DNA of 64,000 nt from Clostridia bacterium. GTDB taxonomy: Bacteria; Bacillota; Clostridia; Christensenellales; UBA1242. The position numbers and the translations under genes were made by a program. The stretch lies in NCBI GenBank assembly GCA_050872785.1, contig JBNMHO010000001.1, positions 128,004-192,003 on the forward strand, read 5' to 3'. Below are positions 16,908 to 28,900 of the stretch, one piece after another; the first letter of the stretch is position 1; every line of letters begins with the position of its first letter. The notes under the pieces are model-generated. The model had not been told where the DNA came from, made no database searches, and saw nothing but the letters and a program-made list of their open reading frames with translations.

Positions 16908-19900
16908 TTAAGCCTTAGGCCTGCCTAAATCAACCCAGAATTTCATACTTGCACTTGTCCCATACTTCTTAGTCTGAGATGCCCCACGACAGCAAAGCGA
17001 ACCGCTTGAACTGACACCTCTATTGCCATCCAAAGTATTTGTCGTGTTGTACCAAATTACATTTGTCTTTTGACAATTCACATCTCCGCCGAAACCAAGA
17101 ACTTCTTTACGTCTCCAAGTTACAGTAATGCCTCCACCGTCCTTAAATGTTATATTTTCACAAATGTAATCTTGATCATTATTGCATCTTATTCTTGAAA
17201 CTTTTTTGTGATCACTATGTCTGATCCAGTGTGCTGTGTTGTAGTGATTGCCCTTAAAGAGTATATGGCAATAGTAATAATTTTGCGACCCCTCATCCAG
17301 CGTTACTATTCTAGCATATTCGGCGTAATACTTCAAATAGGTTCGTGGATAAATGTTAACATTTCCAGTAATATGATCGGCAACGACAAGTGATAGGCTA
17401 AGATAACACGAACCAAGCCAAACTGAACCGTAGATGAAACCAGAGTTTTCCTTTATAATGCCAGCCCAAATGTTAATATCATACATATCAATTGATGACA
17501 CTTCCCCCGTAACATAAAGCGCAAAATTATTAGAGGATGTTTCTGATGTACCATTTGCACAAAGTTTGCTATTCCCCTTAATTGTAATTGTTGCATTGCC
17601 AAAGATATAAACCCCATTTGAAGTAGAACCACTATAATCCACATCATCATTAAATTTTTTGCTGTAATCGGTGCGTCCGCCCGTATTATTTGCAATCTGT
17701 GCGCCGTTTTCCATTGTTAAGGAGCCGCTGGCATTGAAGTATGCAGCACCGCCATGTAAAGTTGCTGTGTTGTTTAGAATTTTTGCACCAGTGCCACTCA
17801 TTGTAAGTTTTCTGTTGCTTTTGAAGTACACGCCGCCGCCATTTGCTTCTGTTTTGTTATTTTCAATGACGCCGCTTACTGTAAGGTCACCTATATCAAC
17901 ATACACACCACCACCATTATACTTTGCTGTGTTTTGAGTTTGAGATGACGAGCCAACAGAACCGCTTATTGTCCCGCCCGCTGCGAGATACAATGCACCG
18001 CCGTTTGTGGTTGCACGGTTGCCATAGGCTGTTCCGCTGAATGTTATGCCAGCTCCCGCATAGACTGCGCCGCCATTTGAGGCTTGAAGTCCACTAAGAG
18101 TGCCACCGATTGTTGAGCCACCCGCATTTGATGAGAGGCAAATTCCCCCACCGTCTTGTGCTACGGTTTTAATGTTTCCATTATTGTCTTTTGAGCCATA
18201 AATTTGCCCAGTGAATTCGAAACTTCTACCGGCGTAAATTCCGCCACCGTTGCCGTCTGTTGTGTTGCCTGCAAAGTAACTATAGACTGTGACTGAGGAG
18301 GAGCCATTTGCAATATACATTCCGCCGCCGCTTGAGGTTGCAGAGTTTTCTTGTATGGCATGGCTGCTGTCATTTCCAGTGAACTCCCATGTGACAGAGC
18401 CGTTGAGATACACACCGCCACCTTGGCTTGCTTTATTTCCATAGATTGAGTAAGCATTATTTGAACTATCGCTGACGCTGTCTTTCGCTGTGCCACCGTT
18501 CATATAAAGTCCGCCGCCGCCAACTTTTGCACCATTGTATTTGATGTATCCACCAATAAGATTGAATGTGCCACCATTTACATACACACCGCCGCCCTCA
18601 GTTGCATAGTTGTAACTGATTAGGCTACTTGCTTGCATTGTAAATGTGCCGCAATTGCCAACATACACACCGCCGCCTAGGTTTGCTTTGTTGGAGCAAT
18701 TTTCTTCCGTTGCAGCAGTTTTTGCTGTTACACCGATTGTGCCTTGCGTCATATTGAAACTTCCGCCACCAACATACACCGCACCGCCGTTTACAATAGA
18801 AGTCGAGCCGTCATATTGATATTTGTGTCTTATCATTGTGCCGCCATTGAAGTTTGTAGTGCCACCATTTGTTGCAACTGCACCACCGTTTTTGGCTTTG
18901 TTGTTTTCGAAGTTGGCTGCAATATTCACCGTGCCGCCCGACACATAGATTGCCCCACCGTTTCCGCCACGAGCCGAATTTTGTGTGAAGGTGACTTTGG
19001 TAGAGTCATAGATTTCGACCGTTCCGCCAGTTACCGCCAAAGCACCGCCATTCACCGAGTAGTTGTCGTTGAACTTAATTTCTGAAGATATGGAACTATC
19101 TGCACTGCTGATAGCCACATTTCCACCGCCAACTGCAATCGCACCACCCATTTGAGTTGAACCAGTGTTGGTGTAGTTCACTGCAAGAGTTCCGTCATTA
19201 AATCTCTTACCGAACAAGCCTGCGTAAATTGTTGTTGTGCCAATTGTGTAAATTGCTCCGCCCATATTGTTTGCTTTGTTGGATACAAAGATTACACCTG
19301 TGCCAGTTGCTCCAGTGTAGGTTGACTCTTTTTTACTTAGAATTCTAAGTGTGCCAGTTGTGTAGATTGCACCACCTTTGTCGCTTGCTGCATTGTTTTT
19401 GAATAAGATTGCATTTGCAAAGGTGTCGTGCTTTGAGTTGACTTTTCCCTCGCTCACGTATTGTGCTGCATTGTCGCCGCTTTCAAGTTTTACTGTGCCG
19501 TGGTTTGCAATGCCGCCACCATTTGGAGCGAAGTTGTATATCACTACTCCGCCGTTTAGGCTGAGGGTTCCGCCGTCTGCAACATATATGCCGCCGCCCT
19601 CACTGCCCGCAGAGTTGCCCGCCCCACGATTGTCGTTGATGTAATAGTAAGAAACCCCGTCTTGCACTTTCCCATAAGAGTTGTAGGATATTCCTCTCTT
19701 TTGAGATGTAACTCCCACACTTCCCGCTGTTGCAATCTCTTTATAGGCTTCATTGAGGAACTTTTCTGCACCGATAATTCCGTTTGCAATTTCAAGAGTT
19801 GCGCCCTTAGCCACATAAATTCCGCCGCCATAAACTGAAGCGTCATTGTAGCTTATTTGTGCGTCACTTAATATAACTGTGTTGCCGCCTATGAACAATG

Positions 19901-22900
19901 CACCGCCATTTTCTGCAATGTTATTTATGATTTTTGCTGAAAGAGCAATAGGGTTTGCATTGACCTCTGATGTGCCGACCAAATAAACCCCGCCGCCGTT
20001 TGTGGCTTCATTGTATGAGATTTCGCCGCTTATCAATTGAACATTGCACACATCAACAAATGAAAGTTCTGCATACACACCACCACCGTTTGCTGCATTG
20101 TTGCCGTGACTTGTAAGTTCTTTAATAAGATTTGTTTCATTTTGATTGTATTTGAGTTCTGCTCCGCCAATTATTGCACCACTGCCGTTCATTGTGAAGT
20201 GACCGCTTGCTGAAACAAACACGCCGCCGCCTTTGTCTGTTGCAATGTTGTTTGAAACTTCGCCGCCGGTCATTGTGAATGTGCCACTCATAACACAAAC
20301 ACCACCACCATTTGCTGCTTTATTGCCACCTATTGTGCCGCCAGTCATTGTAAATGTGCCACCCGCAACACAAACACCACCGCCGTTGTAACCTTTGACT
20401 TCTTCATCGTTTTTCCCTGTATTTGAGCCAGTGATTGAGCCAGCTTCAAGTGTAAGAGTTGATGATGTAAGTGAGCCACTGCCTGAACCGTTATCGTAAA
20501 GATATACACCGCCGCCGTTTTGGGCATTGTTGCCAGAGAGCGTTGCACCACTTATCGTGACTGCCGAGCCGCTGATGTAAAGTCCACCGCCGTTTGTGGC
20601 GTCGTTGCTGGAAATTGTTACATTCGAGCCAAGGGTAAGTTGGTTTGCGTCAGTGTATATTTTTGAATTTTCAATGCACAAGCCGCCACCGTTTGTGGCT
20701 GTGTTATTTGTAATTGTAACATTGCCGTCAAATGCGACTCTGCCGCCTGCTGTGAGATAAATTCCACCGCCGTAAGTTGCACTGTTGCTTGAAATTTGAA
20801 CGCCGCCATTAAGCACCACTTCACCGCCTGCAACATACAATCCGCCGCCGTTTCCAGTTGCTGTGTTTGAAACTATATTTGTTTCAAGTATCAAAGTGCC
20901 GCCTGCGACATGCACACCACCACCGTTTGTCGCTTTGTTGTTATCCGACAATTTGACAAAACTTGGAATAGTCAATGTGCCGTTTGCAAGGTAAATTGCC
21001 CCGCCGTTTGCTGCACTGTTGCCAGTAAGAGTGACCGTGCTTATTGTATTTGATGTGCCGAATGTTACATTTGCTCCGTCAACATACAATGCGCCGCCGT
21101 TACCTTTTGCAGTGTTGCCCGTAATAGACGAGCCATTGATATTAAGTTTTGTATTGCTGCCCACTGCTTTGATTGTTGTGTCTGTGACTGTGTTACTTGA
21201 TATTGTGACATCTGTTAGTGTTACATTTGTTTGATTGCCGTCAGTGGAATTCAAGTTGAAGATTGTTTCCGTGTCGCCGTCAGAGCCGCTGATAGTTGTG
21301 TTTGAGATATTAACTGTTGCTCCCGCCGTTGCCAAAACAATGTTTTTCGCTTTGACGTTACTTATTGTGCAGCCGCTGAGGGTTAAACTTGCGTTTTTCA
21401 CGTCAAAGAGATTGTTTGAAGTTGAGATGTTTTGGGCTGTTACATTCTTTGCCGTCAAACTTCCGCCAGTGAGTGTTGCAACTGAGATGTTGTTGCTGCC
21501 GTCTGAAGGGCCTATTGTAACATTTTCCATTGTAACACTGCCCGATAACACTTGAAGAACTGAGGACGTAGAGCCTATGATATTTACATTTTGAAGCACC
21601 AATTCGCCAGACGCCACTGCAAGCCATTGTTGTGACGAAAGTTCAAGTTTGACTGTGTATGTTGTGTCAGTGAATTTGTATTCACTTTCACCCAATTCAT
21701 TTTCACCCAATTCACATTCCGCCGACTTGATTGTAACTTTGTTTGAACTAAGGCTTGAAGTTGCGGACGTTGAAACATTGTTTTTAATTATATACACAAC
21801 ATATTTGTATTCTGAGCCCTTACCTGTTGCGGCAGAAATTGCACTGCTCATACTTTGATAGAACCTGCCACCGCTCTCATTTTCTCTTTGCACATAGAAG
21901 TTTCTTTCTGCAATGATAATGTCATGACCAGTAATTCCGCCCAAGATAAAGCAGTAAATGTTTCCGTCTGGGTCTTTCCCTTCAAAAATGTCTTCCAAAA
22001 TATAATCAGGTTTTGAAATATTTACATTGTTTGAATAAGAGCCAACTGTTGTATTATATTCTGTTGATTTGGCAGGGCTTGTAATCTTGATTTTTTGATT
22101 GTTATGGTTATAAGCCTTGTCAATTCTTATCTTCGCAAGTGAGCCTGCTGCACGTTCCAGATAAATTGAGTCGTTAATCTTGATATTTCCCGACAAATAT
22201 TCATCGTCTTTCCCTGCATTGAAAGTCATTGCAACATTGCTTGCTTGCTCGCTAAGATAAATGCCGTCACCATATTTTGCAGTGTTTGCCTTAGTCAAGT
22301 CTTCACTGTCACCTAACTTTAACATGCGAACTTCAATTTGAGATGAAGTGCTATCTGCGCCATAATTTACATAAATTGCTCCGCCTTTGCCAGTTTCAAG
22401 ATTTGCCGAGTTTTTGAACATTTTAAGATAACTTTCATCTGTTCCCTCAAAGCGTCCCATAGCGTCACTGAAGTAAATTCCGCCGCCGTCTGTTGCATTG
22501 TTTGATGAAATTTCTCCACCAGAGAATGTTGCTGCTGCTTTTGTTACATTGATGTCATTTGTAAACAATGTTGTAAGTTGCTCTGCTTTAGTTTCATCTT
22601 TTGATTTAATTTCAGCATATTTCAAACCATTTAGGAATATTCCGCCACCGTTGCCAGTTGCTGTGTTTCCAGAGATTGTTCCGCCGGACATTGTTATGTA
22701 AGTTTTATAATATGTCACTGTTGTTTTTACAGTTTCTTCACCAGCAGTTTCACCGTTTGAATTGTTGGCTAGGGTTACTTCTTTGCCGTTTACATAAACA
22801 CCGCCGCCGTCTTTGGCTTCGTTCATGGATATTTCACCGCCAGAGATATTTACATTGCACAAGATGTTTGCATACAGTCCGCCGCCATAAGTTGCGTAAC

Positions 22901-25900
22901 TTCCAGAGATTTTTCCGCCGCTTATTGTGACCGTTGACCAAATTTCCTCATTGTTTTGCTTTGACCCCGTTGCATAAATTGCACCGCCGTATTCTGCTGC
23001 ACCATTTGAAATGCCGCCCCCAGTCATTGTGAACGAAGAATTTTCAATATATACAATTCCGCCACGAAGTCCACTTTTTATGTCTGAAACAGAGGTCGCC
23101 TCGCCTTTAAGTTCTGCACCAGAGATAATGACTTCTGAACCATTCTTTGCAAGAACAATGCTTCCCTCTTGTGTTGAAGATTTGCCAGTTATAACAACAT
23201 TGTTACTCAACGTGAGTGTTGCACCGTTAACTTCAAAGACACGTCCGTCAAACTGCGAATCGGAATATACAACAATGTTCAATGTGCCGCAACCTTCGTA
23301 ACCGCCATACACTGCGTCAAAGTCGCCGTCATAGCCAATGGTTGTTGTTTGTGTAACTGCAAAACCGTTTCTGCATTTTTGATTGAACGTAACCTCGCCT
23401 TTTGCCGATAGAACAATGTTTGAAGAATTGAAGTTAATAGTATCTGTGATGTCATACTCTCCAGCGTTTGCGAGAACGAGATATTTTGAGTAGCCTTCGT
23501 CAAGTATAACAAGGTCTGCCAAAGCGCCGTCTAGTGTTTCACTTTCCGCATAAAGAATATTCCTATCAGATTTTTTGCCATAAACTTGGAAATTCTGCGC
23601 TCTTAAGACAGCACGGTCACCATTATCATTATCTACAACTGCTTTAAGTCCAAAGCCAGAGTTAATATCCAAGTTGAAGTAGTCGAGGTAGTTGAAACCA
23701 GCGGTTATGTCATCTGGCTTAAATTGCAAAATCTTATCTTCAACACTGAACTTGCCTGCTTCCAAATAGACATTTATTCTCTTCATATCTTTTTTGGTCA
23801 AATTTTGTGAAACATTCCTTGTGCTTCTGAAAAGTTTTGTCTTCGCTTCGTCTTTGTCAGCGGTCTTTATACTTACAAATGACTTATTTGTCAAAATGTA
23901 AATTCCGTCAGAAATGTCATCAATTTCGCCAGATAGAACAATACCTGTCTTAACGTCAAGTTCAGATTCTGCAGGCTTACTTTGTGTTGTGTCGGAAATT
24001 GCAATGGTTGCATTTTCGCCGTTTGAGATTGTGTTTGCGTTTTCGCCGTCTGCAATATCCAAAACACCACCCGCAACGGAAAGCCCCGCACCGATTGAAG
24101 AACCGTCTTGAAGACTATTGCCAGTGATTGTTGTCCCCTTGAGGGTTGTTGTGCCGCCAAAGGTGTAAATTGCACCGCCGCTTGCTTTGCTTGCTGCCGA
24201 GTTGCCAGTTATTTGAATTCCCACAAGTTCAACATTTCCGCCCGCAACATAAACTGCACCGCCAACGCCATTTGATGTGTTCTTCGAGAATGTTTCATTT
24301 CCGTCAGTATTTGTTCTGCTGTCGCTAACTTTTGTTATGCCGTCAAACACTGCCAATGCTCCGCCACGACTTTCTGCTGTATTTTTCTCTATGCTGCTGT
24401 TCATAATTTCCAAAGAACCATATGACACAATCGCACCACCAACAGTTGCATTGTTGCCGCTAAGGACGGAAGAACCTTTGATTGTCATTGCTCCATTTTC
24501 TGCAACATACACACCGCCACCGTTTGTGGCGCTATTGCCAGTTATTTTACAAGCGTCATCAATTTCCACCTTGCCGCTTGCAACATAAATTGCACCGCCA
24601 TTTATAGCTTTGCCGCTGTCAGAATTGCCGTTTTTATCAAATTTTGTTGAAGTTTTTATCAATGCGTTGCCAGATGAACCAAAGCCAAAGTAGCAAGCAC
24701 CGCCGTTTTCTGAAGCATAATTCGTTCTAAATGTTGCAGTTATCATTGTAACTTTTGCAGCCCCTTCAGCATACAATGCCCCGCCCATTCTTGCCGAGTT
24801 GCTTTCAAACAAGTTCTTCTCGCCAGTTTCGTTTGCTGTGCTGATATCAGTAATCTTGTTCAAGTTCAAACTTCCGTTTGCAACATAAATTGCACCGCCA
24901 TATCCGTTTGTGGAATTTGAAATGAAGTTTGTAAATTTGATTTCATGTCCTTCTCTGGAATTTAGATAAAGTGCGCCACCGTGAGCCACCTCTGTGCTGG
25001 AGGTTGCTCTGTTTTCACTAAATGTCACATCGCTTGTTACAAGTTTACCTTGTTTTTCAACTGCCACAGCACCACCTTGTTGTGCCGAGCAATTTGAAAT
25101 TGTGGAGTCACTAATATACAATTCCCCGCTGCCGCTCGTGTAGATTGCACCACCCATTGAAGATGAGCCAGCAGTTAATGTGGAATTTGAAATTGTAACA
25201 GTTCCACCCGCTTGATAAATCATTCCGCCATTGCCCGTGGCCGAGCAATTTTCGAATGTAGAACTATCAATAACAACATTTCCATCTTTAAGCCAAATTG
25301 CACCGCCATAACTTAAAACTGATTTGTCAAGATTTTCGTCTTTTACAGAAATCATGTTATCAAGATAAAGTTGGTCTGCTTTGGAATTTCTGATTGTCGT
25401 TCCGTTTGAAAGTTTGAGTGTGCCACTTGCAACATAGAACATGCTTGCACTTACGCTGCTGCTGTTTTTGCTGCCTTCCAAAATCATTGGATGACAAACT
25501 TTGCCGTCATTAAGTTTTAAGTCGTTATTTTTTAGGAAGTCGTCACTTAAACTTGTAAATTCCAAACTTCCTTTCACAACAAACATAAAGTCTTGATAGC
25601 CGCTTTCTCTCAAAACAACTGCCCCGTCTGCTGTTTCTCTGCAATCGACAAGAACGATGTCCTTGTTTGCTGCGACTTTAACTGTGTTTTGAGAATTTAT
25701 AACTTGTCTGCGGAAAAGCCCGAAGTAAGTTCTCTCGTTTTCTTTTGCTTGTTCAATAGCATCATTTATTGAAGCGAACATTTTGTATTTGCCATTTTCG
25801 TCCGCTTTAAGCGCACGGATAATTCCCGCCATGGCGTAAATATCTTTATCTCGCTTTGTGAAAACGATAATGTCCGAATCAAACTTGCCCGCCCCTGCAA

Positions 25901-28900
25901 AATCTGCGTTTGCAAATGTTGCAACCTTTATTTGAGCGTTGTCGCCAAGTTCTTCTTCCATAACAATATAAATCTTGCTATGTTTGCTTGAAATGTATTT
26001 ATCTTTAACATTTATAACAGCCTTTGTGGACAAGAACACTCTGTCTGAAATATTTGCTGCATTGTAAACACTAAGTGAATTTGACTCGACTGCTTCCACA
26101 TTTCCAGAAGTATTGGTCTTTTTTGCTCCAGCGACAAATATTCCAGCATAATCTACATTCTCATTTCCATTCCAGTTGCCGTAAATTTCACCGCCAAAAA
26201 TTTCCACCTTTGAACCCGTTGCAACAAAGATTGCTCCACCTTTGTCCGAAGCCACATTGTCTGTCAATGTTCCGCCATAAAGTTTGAGAGCCTTATCTGC
26301 ATAAATTCCGCCGCCCAAAGTTGCATTGTTGCCAGAGATGAGCGAGCCAGCATTTTCAAGCGTTGTGCGTTCAACATCGTTATAAATCTCAAGCGAGAGT
26401 TTGTCGCCAGTGGCATAAATTCCACCGCCCATGTTCCCCGCAACGTTGTTCAATATTTTCCCGTCACGCAATGTAACTTTGCCATTTGCCACATAAAGTC
26501 CAGCACCGTTTTGGGCGTTGTTATTGTCTATTGTTGCACCTGAAGAAAGTTCCACTTCGCCATAGTTCCCGCTTGCTGTCACATCTTCAACATACACGCC
26601 ACCGCCGTTTCCAGTTGCTGTGTTATTCAAAATGAGCGAAGCAGAATTTGTAGCAATAAGTTTGCCGCCAACGACATACACACCACCACCATTTGTTGCA
26701 TTGTTGCTTTCTATTGTTGCGTCATAGAGATAAAGCGTTCCATAAAGTGCCACGCCACCACCGTTCAGAGTGGCTTCGTTGCCAAGAACCCTTGCCCCTT
26801 GCATCAAGTAAACTGTTGTGCCAACTGCTGCATAAATTCCCGCACCTTCTGAAGAAGTGTTGTTTGAAATTTCAAAATTTGAAGAAATGTCAAGTCTGCC
26901 GCTTTCCACATACACACCACCGCCGAAGTTTGTTGCAGTGGAATTTGAAATTTTCCCATAGCCGAGCCAAGAAGCATTTGCCGTTTTGTTGTTTGTTGCA
27001 AAGTACACACCCGCACCATTTGTTGCAGTGTTTCCAGAAATCGCAACTACATCACTTGACTTAAGTGTTCTTAAAATGCCGTTTTCGCCAACATACACAC
27101 CGCCGCCAAGAGTTGCAGAGTTTGCTGAACCCAAATCGTCACTTTGACCTATGATTGCATTGTATATATCCACTTGTCCAACAAGTGTGCGACCATTAGC
27201 AGTTCTTGAGCCGATGTAAATTGCACCGCCGTTTGCAGTTGCTGCGTTGCCGCCTATAACTGTTTTGCCATCAATTTCCACAAGCCCACTTGCTACATAA
27301 ATTGCACCGCCATTTGTTGCAGTTCCGCCAGTTAGTGTAGAGTTAAGAATTGTTACATTTGCTGTGGAGCCTATTTGTGAAATATTAACATAAATAGTGC
27401 CGCCGTTTTCGCTTGCAGTTGAATTTGAAATTGTTGAATTTGTGACATTAAGTTTTGCTTGTCCGTCAATATAAATTGCACCGCCATTGACACTTGATGA
27501 GCCATTTATATTTGAAGTTTTGATTGTCACAACTGAGGTGTTTGCTGCATAAATTGCACCACCTCTGCCACTTTCGCCACTTGTTACACAATTTGAGATT
27601 GTCGAATTTTCAATTTCGAGTTTGCCGTCATAAATTGTTATTGCACCGCCGTTTGCTGCAGTGTTATCTCTTATTTCAACCCCGTCAAGGCGAAGAGTTC
27701 CGTTGCCACTTACGCAGAACAAACTTGCGTTTTGCGAATTACTTGTGCCGACTATTGTTATGTTGCCTGCTGCATATTGTGACACCCCGCCAAAGATTAC
27801 ATCGCTTGACACAATGTCAAATACCCAATCGGTTAAGCTTTCTGCACGAGAAAGTGTAACACCTAAGTCGTTTCCAGAAACGATTGTTACAGACTTATCA
27901 ATAACAACTTTTTGCTCTAGAACAAAGTCATCTCTTATGATTATTGTTTCACCGCCAAGGCATTGTGACAAGGCTTCATTAAGTGAAGTGAATTCGCCAA
28001 CAACATCTCCCTTGCTATCTCGCACTTCAATCATGTCTTCCACAACAATGTTATAACTTAAATATATTTCGCTGTTTGCACTGTTTTTGAGGAAGTTGTA
28101 GAAAGAAAGATTTGTGATAATTGTGCCGCTTGCCGACAGGCTGCCATTTCGTGGAGTTATCTTTGTTCCGTTTGTTGCTGCAAGGAAGGAAATTTCGTTA
28201 TAGACTTTTGCAGTTTTCAAATTGCTTCCCACAAAGGCATTGTTTTCGCTGCCAAGTGTAACATTTGTTTTTGGCAGAATAACATATTCAATGTTGCTGC
28301 CCTTAAACGCTTCGCCGCCAACTTTGTTTGCCATTTCAAGGCTTATTTTTTGTGGCAAAGATTTGCAATTTTCAAAGGCATTTTTGCCAATTTCTGTTAG
28401 TTTTTCAAAAGCAATTTCGCCATGTTTTCCAAGGATTGTAAACTCACCGCAGCCTTTGAAACTTGCTTCGCCTATTTTCTCTATTTCATTTTCAAATGTA
28501 ACTTGAGAGAGCATTGTGCAATTTTCAAAAGCGTGTGCTGGAACTGTGTTTGTGTTGCCAAGAACTTTTACAACATAAGCATTTGCTGGTTCATAATTTT
28601 GCCCGTCAAATGTAATTGTGTCGCCTAGACTTGAAACTTCTTTTGTGCTGTCGCCAAAGTAAGAAACAATCAAGGTCTTGAGGTCTTGCATCATGGCAAA
28701 GCAGCCGTCAAGTTGTCTGACAGTTTTTGAAACTTCCACAACTTCAGCATGAGAACCTGCAAAAGCAAGTGGCATAATTCCAGCGACTTCTTCAATCTTA
28801 ACATAACTATTTTTTGCGATGTATGTGTGAAGCATTGTGCCACTTGGAGTTGCAACAAGAACATTGCCCATATAGTCCACAAAGTAGTTGCTTTGAGGGT

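Noticed and set aside
16908-17460. The C-terminal tip as the variable region of a diversity-generating retroelement target (C-type-lectin-like VR).
   Set aside because: There is no reverse transcriptase gene, template repeat or accessory gene in the window. The sequence does not show the typical GGSW...N-rich...GFR VR pattern beyond a vague resemblance.
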